From positions 4,516,409-4,580,408 of the forward strand of contig CAVNZM010000012.1 of NCBI GenBank assembly GCA_963693365.1: a DNA stretch of 64,000 nt, in the 5' to 3' direction. This DNA is from Amoebidium appalachense. Lineage: Eukaryota; Protista; Ichthyosporea. Position numbers and translations under genes: made by a program. Below are positions 14,715 through 54,705 of the stretch, in pieces (the first letter of the stretch is position 1; every line of letters begins with the position of its first letter). The notes beneath the pieces are model-generated. The model ran no database searches. It saw nothing but the letters and a program-made list of their open reading frames with translations, and was not told the origin of the DNA.

Positions 14715-14834
14715 ACACACACACACCACCACCACGACCACCACCACCACAACAACAATAACAACAAAAGGGGAGGGAAAAAAGGGAAAAAAAAAAAAAG
14801 AAAAAAAAAGGTATCAACAACAACAGCAACACGC

Positions 14835-25063
<10,229 letters not shown>

Positions 25064-26117
25064 CTGTTTGTAAAACCACACAATCAATTAACACCCGTGA
25101 GCATCTTCAAAGATCGGAAGCAAGTGTGAAGCGGAAGGGCCTCAGTACTAATTCATGATCTGGGAGTGAACAACAGGAAAAGCAAATACATCCCAGAAAA
25201 AACCTTTCAGCCAGAGAGCTGGAGTTAATTTAGAAGAAAACGGAGCTCAAGCACGAGTCTGTGCTCAAGGAATGGCAACTTAGGAAAAAAGCGCAAGCTG
25301 AGTGTTTGTGCAAATTCAATTATCCTGTGTCTTAAGCCCAAGTGTTTGCAGAGAGGGGTTTATATGCACCTGGCTTTGGTGCTGGCTTAAAGGCGTAATA
25401 GGGGCCGCTTGTGATGGGCGTTGGGAGCCCCAGAGGCTGCGGAGAGGCCGCTGCCTCAGCCATGATGCTTTCAAGCAATCGATGCTATAGTCGGTTTGCT
25501 CTCGTTTAACAGGGATGATAAGCGTGATGTTTTTTGCTTGTTCCCTCGCCAAAACTAACATGTGCTTATATGGAGACCAAGGGACCATTTATGTTCAGCG
25601 AAGACTAGACAAAGAGATGGCTTGCGGGTACGTATACGTGTGTTTTCAAACTCTTTTTCTGTGCACTCACACTCGCACTGACATGCTCGTATATCAACAT
25701 GACCAGCTTGCTTTGAGATCTTAAAAACAACCATAATACCTCAAACTACAAATAGCCTACACCAATGATTTTCCGCTAGCGGGAGATCTATTTTCTGCAA
25801 GTTCAGTTTGATTCACTATATTACAATTTATGTTCTGACTGCTGAAAGTCAATGGAAGCTGCAGCAGCAGCCCCCCCCCCCCCCCAAAAAAAAAAAAATG
25901 TTCGCCCGCAGTCACACAGCTAAGCATGACATACGGCCCGTCTAGGATACACCCATTGTAGCTCGTTGAGTTTTTCTTCTTGCATGCACGCTGTATCATT
26001 TCCATTCAAGTTTACCGTAAGGCTCCACCCAGCCTCTCGTGGTCACTTGAGCCCGGGAACAACAACGCGCAGAAAAACAAGTTCTTGGTGTTGTTGCACC
26101 CGTCCTGATTTGCGAAG

Positions 26118-26376
26118 ATGCAGAACCCGGACTACTGGAACTCCTTTCGTGCGATATCTGCAAAACTGCGAAGGTGAGTGCATGAAACGAGCATGGTTAG
26201 TCTATAGAGAGCAAATGCGGTAAACCCGAGCATTGAGTGCTTCGTGAGTTCAAGGAGAGCATAACAGAGGGGAGGGGGAGGGGGGGGGGGGGGGGGGGGG
26301 GGGGGGAGGACGGGGTATCGGTCCAAGGAATAGAGCCCGAAAGGTTTTCTTTGCATCAAGCTGTGGATGCGCGCAC

Positions 26377-26419
<43 letters not shown>

Positions 26420-27422
26420 TCTCATAGTTGCATTGGCGTGAATCTCGAACGAAGATCCCACATCACCACTTGGAAGTCTAGTACCAGGTAGCAACACACA
26501 TTGTTCGCCTTACGCTGCTGAGACCTCGTAGGCACGCTTTGAACGAACATGGTAGTGAGAGAGTTCTCTAGCACTTGCAGGTTGTGGTTTTGGTGCTCTT
26601 GTAGCAGCCGGATATTTTTTGTCATGCTGATTTCGACACAACATGTCACATTGCCATGGTTTTGCTGTAAGTCTCACAACACACCCGTATACACAAGCAG
26701 TTTTTGTGCAAACCCAAGCACACAATCACACAACGTACATCTTTATACACAGACGGTTTTATTCTCAACACACAACCCCACCACACATCCATACACACAG
26801 GCGGTTTTTGCGCAAACCCAACAATGCCGAGGCCTCGGTTGCATACCAGAAGCTCATGAACCAGCTCAAGCAGGCCGGCGCACACCAGCTGGCTGCATAC
26901 TGCAGCCTGGCCGTTGCAAGGTGTGCGCATGTTTTACTTATGCACCAATAGTTTTATTTTTTTGTCTTATGCACCAATAGTTTTATTTTTTTTTCTTATG
27001 CACCAATAGTTTTTGCACCAATAGTTTCTATACTTTCTTATGCACAAATAGTTTTTATTCTTTTCTTATGCACCACCCCTTTGGGGAGGGGGGGGGGGGG
27101 GGGGGGGGAGCCTCGGGGATGGCCGGTCAGACCTTGCTGGTACTTTGGGTGAAATGATCTGCCACTTGAGAATTATATGTGTGTGTGTACCCGTGTGCAT
27201 TTGATAGTGTTTGCATGTCCCTCTTAGGGTTAATATATATGCATTACTTTAGCCGTTGTGACCTCGTACTTCGTTCTGCCACTACTGCGGGGTGTAAAAT
27301 ATGCTACCCCCTCCCCCCCCCCCCCCCCCCCCCCCCCCCTCTCCGCAGGGGAGGAGGGGGGGAGAGGGGGGAGGGGGGAGAGGGTTGCTTGACCAAATTT
27401 CGTTTGTGCAGTTGATGGTAGT

Positions 27423-27466
<44 letters not shown>

Positions 27467-27591
27467 TGAAGAAACCCGTGTGGATTTTGAATGCTAATGC
27501 ATATCTTTTGTGTGTGGGTAGATGTGAGCAGGCACAGGGCAATCAGGTGGAGGAGGCAAAGTTCATGTACAGTGCCGGTAAGCTATCAGAT

Positions 27592-27639
<48 letters not shown>

Positions 27640-29987
27640 ACACTCCGTCCGCCTCCCCCACCACTTTTCCTTTCGTACGCACTTACACACACACATTGCC
27701 CTCCCCCTCCCCCCCCCCGCGCCCACACACACATACACACACATGATGGGGCCACACAACGCTTGGGTGTGTGTGGGGGGGGAGGGGGGGGGGAATGAGG
27801 ATAATATTTTTGGTTCTGTGCATGAACCGGCTAAGTACGTTTATTGTCCAGTCTCTTCCACGGGTGCATCACAGAAGTTTGACGGCCTTCTTTTCAACTC
27901 TCGATTGCTACTCCCTCTGTCAATTGTGCCCCCCCCCCCCCTTTTTTTTTTCTTCATCTTCGCTAGTCTATTGGAGAGAGGGGGGGGAAGGGGGGGGGGG
28001 GGGGGGGGGGGGGGGGGGAGGGGGGCCCAATCTGAATCGTGTTCCGCAAATGTGTCCTTCGTACTGTGTACCGGACTTCCAATCCTCCCCCCCCCCCCCC
28101 CCCCCCCTCCTCCTCCTCCCCCTTAACACCCCCTCCTTCCGAAACCCCCCCCCCCCCCCCCCCCCCCCTCAAAAAAAAAAAAAAAAAAAAAAAAACAGCA
28201 GAATTTTTCCTTGTGAATTTTTTCATCTCCTTGTCGTGTTTGGCTGACGATAGCCTTCCCGTCCACATATATGCGCAGCGCAACTGTACCTGTCAGCCGT
28301 GCATAATGATGCCGTGTCGGCCTATGTGACCTTTGCTGACAACATCACAGACGCTACAAACACATACTTATTAGCAGTTGAGGTGATTGTTCTCCCCCCC
28401 CCCCTCCCCCCCCTCTTGTGTCTCCTCCATATTTCCAACCCTCTGACGCATACATCACCCCCTCCCCCCTTCCCCCCCCCCCCTCTGCCCCTGTTTAGGT
28501 CACAGTATGTGTATGAGAAAGTAAAAGGGAAATGAGAAGAAGATTCATGCACGAACGCACACATGCATACACGATGCATGCACACTCGTGTGCACACGCG
28601 CACACGCCCACGCACACTTGCACGCATGCATGTGTGCGTCCATGCACACAATCTCTCACAGGCACTCGCGCACTCGAGCACGCACGGACACATTACATTT
28701 CCGCCGCCACCCACACAAGCACACACACCCGTCCCCTAATGTGTAGAACGGAAAAACCCGGGGCGGGGAAGGGCGGAGAGAAAGGGGAGGGGGAGGGGGG
28801 GGAGGGTTGGTAAGCTGCAGCGTGGTAGAGGCTTGCATGTTCTTGCTTTGTTCACTTCCTGGCCGATAAGATGGATAGTCATTGCATTGTCCATCCTCCC
28901 TTGAATCAGCAATGTGAGAAAGCATAGGAAATGGGAAATACTGAATTGCCCCCCTCCCCTCCCCCCCCCTCCCCCCTCCCCCCCCCCCCCCCCCCCCAAA
29001 AATGCTTTTGTGGAGGCATAGGACCCCCCTGATGATGGGCTCTGTTCAAGTTTCTTCTGTCTGCACGCTTAAATTGTTTGATTTTGGGTTTCTCATTTTC
29101 GTGACGTTTTTCTTGTTGCTCTTTGTTGTCTCCTCCATATTCCCAACCCTCTAACGCATACATCCCCCCTTCCCCCACACCGCTTTACTTCCATGCAACC
29201 GGGCATGGTTGCTCTGTGTCGTGCATCTGTAAGCACATACGCATTTTTCGCTGCACTGCTTTCGTTTGCACACACATCTTCACCGTTTTGCTCACCTTGC
29301 TTGCATAAGCAACCCTGCTCGTCTTTGATCAAGACGAGTTGACCCTCCCAAGTTCAGTTGATGCTGCTGTCTGAGTTGGAGAGTCGTATATACGCGGGCT
29401 AAGGGGTCGAAACTCAGACGCAATTGATGACTTGGGCCCTCCCTGAGGATGGGCTCTGCTTATGACGCATGCTGTGCGCATGGCTGATGTTGCATACTTG
29501 AATGTTTGCCTTGGCATGTGTCCTGCACCATACTTCTCATCGTGTATGCGTACTTCGTACCGTGTTCCGCATTCAAACCTCCCCCCCCCCCCCCCCCTTG
29601 CCGCCGCTGTCCTCCGCCTGAGGATGGGCTCTGCTTGTTTCGCATACTGTGCGTGTTGCTGATGTTGCATTCTTAAATGTTTGCTTTTGCCTGTGTCCTG
29701 CATTGTGTTTCTCATCGTGTTCTTGTACTTAGTACCGTGTTCCCCATTCTAATCCCCCCCCCCCCCCCCCCCCCTCCCCCTCTCCCCGGGGCCTTGCCGC
29801 ACCTTGCCTGGTTATATCTCTGTTGGTTTCTCCAGTTTGAGTTTTTGTTTGTGCCATATTCCATATTCCACAATGTTGAAAAAATTCTTATTTATGCAAC
29901 ATTCCCTCCCTTCCCCCACCCTCTGCACACACGCAGGCACACGTACAAAACAAGCGCCTGTACACACACACACACACACATGCACGC

Positions 29988-30086
<99 letters not shown>

Positions 30087-30515
30087 ACATACACACACAC
30101 ACACCAGCTGTATCTGAATATGAACAAGACCTCAATTGCAGCAATGCTTCTAATTGAGCTTGCGGGAGCCCTGGAGGTGAGCCCCTCCCCCCCCTCCCCC
30201 CCCCCCCCCCCCCCCCCCCCTCCCCCCACCACCACCAACCACCACCACCTTCCAGTCTAGCAGACTAGCACATTCCCCCCCTCCCTCCCCCCGATCTTTT
30301 TCTTTTCCCAGTTGTTCCTATTTATTTGTCTTCGCTTTTTTTGGTTTGTTTGTGTTGTTTGTACCCTTTTTTTTTTTTTTTTTGCTGCGCACGTGAGTAC
30401 GTGACACACATGCAGACAGGCACGAGCAGTGCATTATGCAATTACAAACACACACACACCCACCACCACTTCCACCTCATCACTACCATCACTCCCGTTC
30501 TTGTCTTCTTCTCCC

Positions 30516-30546
<31 letters not shown>

Positions 30547-30870
30547 AAAAAAAAAAAAAAATCCCGACGCTCCATGCTGATAATGGGCTCTGTTCAAGTG
30601 TCTGGTTTAACTCGCTTTTCCCCCCTCTTTCTTCCCTCCTTTCCTCCTCTCTTCCCCCTTTTCCCCGCTTTTTCCTCTTTCCCTCCCACCTTCCTTCTCT
30701 AATCCTTTGCTCATCTACCCCTTCCGCTTTATTTTCTTTTTTTTTTTTTTTTTGCTTTTCTTTTTTTTTTTTTTTTTTTTCCTTCACTCTGTCGTCCTCG
30801 ACTTCATTTTGCCTTTCCTCGTGTCACGATGTGCGTGAGCGCGTGCGTGTGCGTGTGTGTGTCCGCGTGA

Positions 30871-30909
<39 letters not shown>

Positions 30910-31428
30910 GCCCCTTGAGAGAGAGTGAGAGGAGAGGGGGGGGGGGGGGGGGGGAGAAAGAGAGAGAGACACTGAGAAAAAGAGCCAGACGGGGAGGGGA
31001 TTAGTGCGGGGGGATTCGGAGGGAGGGCCGGACGAAGGGGGGGGAGGGGGGAGAGGGGGGTTGTGGCGTGGGGGGCCTTATTTCATTCTCCTTCCTTCTT
31101 TAACCCTTTACTCACCCACACCTTCTTCCTTTTTTTTTTTTCCCCTTTTTCTTTTTTGTTTAACCCAGGTACTCCGCCTTCCAGCCGAGGCCGTGATCTA
31201 CTACAACAAGGCCATAGTGCTGCAGGAGCACACCCCCCTTGCATCCATCCACACAAGGGTTAAGGCGGCATCTTGCAGGATACAGGCAGGTGGGTGTATC
31301 CCATGTTTTTGCTTTGCCCTTCGGGGGGGGGGGGGGGGGGGGGGGGGGAGGTAAGAGAGTATGTGGGGGGGGGGGGGGGAGGGGGGAAGGAGAGGGATAG
31401 AGAGAGAGTGAGAGAGAGAGAGAGAGAG

Positions 31429-31473
<45 letters not shown>

Positions 31474-32441
31474 AAAAAATGAGTTTGTGTGTGTGTGTGT
31501 GTGGGGGAGGGGGGGGGGGGGGGGAGAGAGAGAGGGGGAGGGGGGGGGGGGGGCGGAGTAGAGAGAGGGAGGGGAAGGGGGGCAGGGGAAAGGGGGGGGG
31601 TGGGGGAGGAAAGAGAAAGAAAAGATTAGAAGAACGTATCTGGGTAGGAGTGTTGTGTGATTATCGAAGGCACGGTAGGAGGGCATAGGGATGTTTGCTT
31701 ATGCTGCGCATCAGTGAGGAAAAGTAAGGGTGTGGAGTGTGATAGGGCTGGGTGACTATGTATGTCTCCCCCCCCCCCCCCCCCCTCTCCCCCCCTCCCC
31801 CCCCCCCCCCTCCCCCTCCCCCCGCCCTCCCTCCCTCCCTCCCTCCCTCCCCCCCTCCCCTCCCCCCTTCGGAAACCGAGGTTGGTATGTTCCGTTGGTC
31901 ACACATCGCTTACAAGCATATGTTTTCTCAGGTTTTTTTCTTCTCCATAAAGCGGAAATATATTGGAATAAGGTTGGGAGATGAGGGTGAGGTGGGTGGT
32001 GGTGATGTTGGTGGTGGTGGTGGTGGGGGGGAGAGGGGGGGGGGGGGGGGGCATCTGAAGAAATCCTTCTCTCTCTCTCTCTCTCTCCCCCCCCCCCCCC
32101 CCCCCCCCCCCCCCCGCCCCCTCCCCTCCCCCCCCTCCCTCCACTCTTATTAGAAAGAAATCAGAAATCGGAAAGGGGGGTATTGGGTGGTTCACTCTCT
32201 TCAGGAGAAATACCGGGAAACTGGGTTGAAATGTGGAGATTTTTTTTCATTTTGAACACTGCCCAACACATGTTCGGCGATGAACTAAAAAATCATTCTC
32301 CTGAACCCAGGGGACTACGATGGCGCCGTGGATACGCTTGCAGAGGCAATAGACCTCTCACTGGAAACCGGTAAATTTCCCTTCGGATTTCGACTTGTGC
32401 TCTGTTGATATCGTCTATATCACGACCCATTCTCTGTTGCT

Positions 32442-32477
<36 letters not shown>

Positions 32478-33448
32478 ATGGAGGGGGGGAGGGGGGAGGT
32501 GGGAGGTGGGGAGAGGTGTGGAAGGGGGGGGGGGGGGGATGGAGGAAGGGGAGGGAGGGCGGGGGGGGGGGGGGGGGGGGGGGAGGGGAGGGGTGGAACT
32601 CGGAATCATTATGTTGACGTGTTTCATTCCTTTTGCAGCGCGAGTGATTGGACAGAAAGTGGAGAGCGAGACTGGGGCCACACAGACAGACAGTGCGTGG
32701 AGGGCATGTGGGGATGTGGTGGTGCAGGCAGAGACTACGAGGGTACTGCTACTGTGCTTGCTGCAGGTGTGTGTGTACGTGTGTTTCTTTTGGGGGGGGG
32801 GGGGGGGGGGTGTTGGGGGGAGGGGGTTGTTGGGAGGGGAGGGGGGGGGGGGGGGGGAAGTGGGTATGGGTGGGTGGGTGGGTGGGTGGGTGGGTGGGGA
32901 GGTAAGGGGCGAGGGGTGTGGGGGGGGTTGGGAGTTTCTTTTTTTTGGGGGGAGGGGGGGATGTGGGGAGAGGTGTGTGTGGGGGGGAGGGGGGGAGGGT
33001 TTAAGGGGTTACTGTATATGTAAGTGTGTGTATGTTTTGCGTGTGTGTGTGTGGGGGGGGGGGGGGGGGAGGGGGTTTGGATATGGATGGATGTTTGTGG
33101 CAGGCAGGAGAGGGATGGGGAAGGGGGGGGAGGGGGGGGGGGGAGTGTAGGTGCGGATGAGCAAGTGTAAATTTTCTTTTTTAATTTCTATAAAATGCTA
33201 CCTGAATAGACAGATGGGTCTGTGAATTCCATGCCGTAGAATGAATGGCATGATAACTCGGGGGCAGAATGTTGGTGTAGCTCGGATTTGGTTGGGGGAA
33301 AAGGTGTCGTTTTGCCATGAACAAGCATGGGGGAGGAAGGGGGCGCGGGGGGGGGGGGGGGGGGGGGGGGATGTGTGGGACCATCGTGTTCAGGACCTTG
33401 GTGTAACATCCCTTCTCCTTGCACACACGCACAGACACACACACACAA

Positions 33449-33500
<52 letters not shown>

Positions 33501-33518
33501 AACGCAAACTGCACACCC

Positions 33519-33567
<49 letters not shown>

Positions 33568-33710
33568 TTTCCATCCCGTTTCCTCCCAGCCCCCACCCGA
33601 CCACCCCAAGAAGGGCTACCTTTCTGCCCTTGCTCAGTTCGACAGCCCAAACCCCTCCGTTTCAAACATGTCGCCAGATCTCTACTACTTGCTACAGTCG
33701 GTAATCGTAC

Positions 33711-33755
<45 letters not shown>

Positions 33756-34325
33756 ACCCACCCACCCACCCACCCACAGACACACACACACACACCACGC
33801 ACACACACATACAAAGACATACCTGTGCCCACACACCCACAAGCACGCACCCTCACACACGTTCGAAATTACGAGGACATCGGCTTTATGAGGAGAGAGA
33901 CTGTGCGAAAGAGACAGTGTAAAGAGGGTGTGTGTGCGTGTGTAGTTTTGCGGTGGTAGGGTGGCTGAGGGACCGATTTTGGGGCCAATGATCGAATGAA
34001 TCAGCCGCCTGGTTTTTACGCCATCGAATGTGTTGCTGGCATGGTCTCTTGTTGGCCAACTACCACAACATTCATTCTCTTTGCCCTGCCCTTGGCTAAT
34101 ACATACCCCCCCCACCCCCCCCCCCCCCCCCCCCCCCCCGCCCCTCCTCCTCCTCCTCCCCCCCCCCCCCTCCCCCGCCCTCTCCTCCCCCCTCCCCCCC
34201 CCCCCCCCTTGCCCCTTTGTTATTTTGTATGTAACACATTCTACCCCCCCTTACCAACCCACCCACTATGTACTATCACACAACCACCATCACCACAACC
34301 ACCTTCCCCCCTCCCCTCCCCCTCC

Positions 34326-34356
<31 letters not shown>

Positions 34357-34388
34357 ACACACACACGTGCATGCAGGCGTACACGCAC

Positions 34389-34483
<95 letters not shown>

Positions 34484-34615
34484 GTACAGGACTGCCGCAC
34501 GCGCAATGATGTTGACGGGCTGATACAGCTGCAGCATCAACTGTACCGCCACCTCTCACCGTTGCAAAACACAGTTATGGAGCTAGTCTTGCAACAAGCA
34601 AAGGACGGCGCATGA
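26118..34615 (+). CDS. F8A1: HAP40, 40-kDa huntingtin-associated protein (~318 aa, 10 exons)
   Basis: Exons 26118-26173, 26801-26920, 27522-27577, 28279-28382, 30108-30176, 31169-31289, 32311-32370, 32639-32766, 33590-33706 and 34490-34615 are all GT-AG and in phase. Motifs DYWNSFRAISAKLRRRFLRKPNNAEA, AAYCSLAVARCEQA, LLIELAGAL, GDYDGA, GDVVVQAETTRVLLLCLLQPPP, DLYYLLQSVI and LSPLQNTVMELVLQ match human HAP40 (KKRFLRKPNVAEA, LAVARCQQA, EVSRVLLLLLLQPPP, LFLLLQSLV). Confidence 0.93.
29030..29751 (+). mobile_element. Longest copy of the poly-C/G-anchored repeat (29030-29577) plus a diverged tandem fragment (29617-29751), in HAP40 intron 4
   Basis: Reverse complement of 50793-51187 and 18674-18874. 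Ends ...gttccgcattcaaa, followed by poly-C. The distal part is shared with 59547-59658 and 28415-28460. Confidence 0.9.
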
Positions 34616-36481
34616 ACATTACTACTATTTTTGAAGCAACTTAAACCAGCTTCCCCCCCCCCCTCCCCCCCCCCCCCCCCCCCCCCAACTCCCCCCTCCC
34701 GTCTTCCCATCTCTTTCCCCTCTTGCTTGCGATGTTTTTTTCGGTGGTTTGTGGTGAGATGTCTGTTGCGCATTCATGGTTCTTCCCCCCCCCCCCCTCC
34801 CCCCCCCCCCCCCCCCCCCCACCCACCCACCCACCCACCCACCCACCCTCACCCCACCCCACCCCCCACATACATACACACACACATACACAAAGAATGC
34901 ATGTGTTGCTGCATGTTGTAATATACACAAAAGACATTGAAAAAGTTAACGGCAGTTAACCGTTTTAAAGGTAATGAAAGAATGCACGTATGGAGACAGT
35001 GTCATTGAGCAATTTAGCTCACTGTGCAGTATGTGACTTTATAGTAGAAGGATTGTAATCATGGGCTGATGTCGCCGAATGGGGTACAGTATCTGATTTA
35101 TGGGTAGATAGCTCTAATGTATGGTGTTACCGATAACCCGAAAGCCGAAAGTGTGTTTATCGAGATATTGTTTAATAATATTTCCGCAAATGCGCGAATG
35201 TGAATGAAATCACAACGCTATATCTGACGGGGGTGGGTGAGTGACCCCAAGATTCTATGTGTATCTACGTGTGTAGATTATAGGTGGCAATATTGCTGTA
35301 TTTCCCGCCATCGACATTTCGACTGTGCAATGGTTCAAAGTGTGAAGAATTCAAGAGAGAGATCCTGCGATTGTTTATATATATATATATATATGGAAAG
35401 AACGACATTTAACAGTATACACCTTTTTTTACGATGCCAGCAGTTGCTGGAGTATTAATAAAATCAAGAAATAATACAGATTTTAATCTTTCATCTGCCA
35501 TTACCCGCATGCGCACACTTGTATTGTGGCTCACCATGCAGGTGGTTATGGTGCAAAATGTACAGGACCCCCCCCCCCCCCCTCCCCCCCCCCCGGCCCT
35601 GCCCCGCCCTCGGGGCCTCCCCCGATATCACCATCGCGTGCATCACCACGATGGCCGACCACACAACCGCGCACACACACACACACACGTGCACACACCA
35701 TCTCTCACTTCCTGAGCTACGGGTTTATGTCTTTTCAAGCACAAACATCCCCCCCCCCCCCCCCCCCCCCCTCCCTCCTCCCCCCCCTGCGGAGTAATTT
35801 TGTGACACATGTGGACACTCTAGCGTGACCAAGGCCCAAGCTTGCAAGCATACACCGTGCACACCCATGTAACGGTTGCGTAAGTGCAGCTCGACACTTC
35901 TTGCATTGCCAAAGCTTAAGCTTTGCATAACGCACGAGTACATATATCACGGTTCCGACGTCACTGACCGGCCGCCGGTGCCTTCCCACATGTACATGTA
36001 CACGTACACATCAGTGTATCCACCCACCCACACCCACCCATCATGCCACTAATAAGTTATAACACGAACAGTGTGATCTGGTTTGCATGGTCTCGGTTAT
36101 GCTGTGTGCGATCGTTATATAATATAATAATCTGATTGGGGGTGTAGCTCGTATGTATCAAGATGTACATATACGTGCATGTATATGGGGCACATTTTGT
36201 GTAAATTAAATTTCCGGATCCGAATTGGCCCGGCGAAGGAGCGGCCAATAAAGTGCAATGATCCCCAGTACGTACAGAGGCTGCCACATAAATTCATTTA
36301 TAATCATGGCATCCCCGGCCGCGCCTCTAAGTGCACCTGTACTCTGAAACACACACCAGTTAAGCACACATCAGTTAACCGTATATACGCACCAGGGCAC
36401 ACGTGACACTGTACAGACACACCGTGCACACACTGTGACACACACACACACACAAGCACACACATACACAAGCACATAGTG

Positions 36482-36544
<63 letters not shown>

Positions 36545-37545
36545 GCACACACACACATACACACACACAACACACACACACAAACACTAACACATGTACA
36601 CACACACACACGTCACACACACACACACACATGCACAGACGCAAGAACACCTGTGTACACACACACGTACGGTGTCACACACAAATTCGAGCGCGCACGC
36701 ACACACAACCACACATACGCACATGCCACACACACACACACACACAGTACACACACACATACACACTCGCGCGCACACCGTGACACAGTCACTGCGAAAC
36801 ACACACACACTCACATCAAAATGCCCCAATTGAGAAACCCATCCGCAGGTGTGCTCCAGTCGCCTTAAAATAATTTTTATCGAGATCGGATGCTCTATTC
36901 CAAGTTCTCCCAAGAATATCCGCCCACCCCCTTTCATAATAACTTCAAGCAATCAGTGTCCGTGTCTCCAACGGTTTCTAGCCCTATAGGCGCGAATGCA
37001 AATAGGCAGGCTGATATGATTCAAGATTTCCAAGGAAAATCTTGTACGAGCAAGTATATTTCCAAATTTTCAAGGATAATCTTGAACGAGCAAGTGATTT
37101 ATTTCGACAGCCCACATATAGGGCATGATAGTAACCTCCACATACTGCAAGCATTCATATGTCAGATCCCCCCTGACGGTTTCCCCACAAAAGCACCAAG
37201 TATTCCGTTGGGATGATGTTCACAATCGAGCATATAGCCTAAATTTGTATCAGTTTCTTAAAATATATCCACAATATCACTGTACATTATCATGAGCAAA
37301 TCCTGAATACATACACCAAGAGTTAAACAAAAAGAAGAAACGAAAAGGCCAGAAATAATTCAAATTTTAAAGAAAGAGGAAAAAATCGAGTTTCCTGTTC
37401 AACAAATACATGGCAGGACATGACACACTTCATACCGTAACTTCACCAAGTAAAGCTGTACAGCCGCCATCTACCCAAAAAAAATAAAAAATAATAATAA
37501 TAAATAAAAAATAAGAAGAAAAGATCAAAAAAGACATTTGATTCT

Positions 37546-53202
<15,657 letters not shown>

Positions 53203-54705
53203 ATTTGTTTGTTTTTTTAGTGTAGTAGGCACCTCCTAAAAGTTGAGGAGAAATGAGTGTAACTGATGAGGGAGGGATGACTGCTGGCCAACAGTACAAG
53301 GAGCTCATGCGGTGTGATCGAAGAATCTGGCACAATTTTTTTGGCCTCCCTGCTTTTTAAAACAGGCAAACGAGAAACATTTCAACGGGAAACATGTCCA
53401 CTTCAAGAATGTGACAATAACGTGACAGCTGTCACACGAGTGACATTCCACAAGACCTGACACTGTTTCCTTTACAAAAAAAGATTCACGTAAGCATGCA
53501 CCACGTGTGCATCTGGTATATAAATTGTGTGTGGGCTTATACTACGCAACCACATGGGCATGTGTACACATGTATTAAGCGCCCTAAGACACCTACACGC
53601 AAATTTTCTCCCTCCTACTCTTTCAAATGTAACAAGCACCGCCTTTCAGGTTGTCCTGTGCATGTTCAATCTCTGTCAGCTGATGTCTGATTTACCATCA
53701 CCTTGCATTTTTGGCCGGCGCGGATCAGGTCTAATCCTCCAAAACTCATACCTGTGGGGAGTAGGTACTGTTACCAACTCACAGATTGGAAATGTTTCAT
53801 TTGGCAGTCACAGTTACGACAATGGAAATCAGAGACTAAATATTCATGTAGATACATAATCTAATAAAAGCACTATATTAAATATGTGTAAAGTTTTAAT
53901 ACTGAAAACTGCAAAACATCGACCTTTATGCTTAAAGCCTAAAAGCCTCGGATTCAAAAAAGAATCGAATTCCCGGTACTGAAAAATGAAACCCCCAAAA
54001 CAGTGGTCTTGGGGATAAAAAAGTCTGAGTGTATCACCAATCAAGTTGAGGAAGGAACAGGGCTAAGAATAAGAATTGTTGTGCGCACGTGCCTCACCCA
54101 GCTCAGAACGGAACCATAACGCACGCGATTCACATGTGATACATCCACACACGCACGGAAAAATAGTCTGATCAATTAACCACAACCTATGCCTTTATCG
54201 ATATGGGAAGGCTTGCACTACGGCTCGACGTCGACGCGCTGGCCCCCGGACCGCATCCCAGAATTCGAAAAAGAAACATGCGCTCATGCATGAGCATGCG
54301 GGCAGTGACCGGGGGAGCGTCAGGGGGAGATGTGCTGTTTATTATCGACATGCATGTGAGGCGAGCTGTGATGAGGTGCCAGCACCAAGCTAACAATATC
54401 TACACTCAACCATGCATATGCGATAACTACGTTACATCACATAATCATTTGGAGATATGACATGTAACGCGTTGAAAACACGAGGGGGCTTTTTTGAAAG
54501 TTACAACCCAAAAAACGCGACCGCTACACTCATGATATTAGACCAATTATAGCATTTTGTATTTATAGAATTCCCGCCAGTTGCCGCTCGAGATCCGGTA
54601 TTCTTTTGTCTATACTCCCGAGCCACGTATATTTTGGGGCGCTTCTACGTTTTGTTTCCATTCACAAACTTCACCAGCACACATACTTCATTATCACCTT
54701 CAAAA
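53203..54705. promoter_or_regulatory. Divergent intergenic region shared by the phytochrome and PhLP1 genes (candidate bidirectional promoter)
   Basis: ATGs at 53202 (-) and 54706 (+) point away from each other 1.5 kb apart. The region lacks the microsatellites typical of the introns. Confidence 0.5.
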
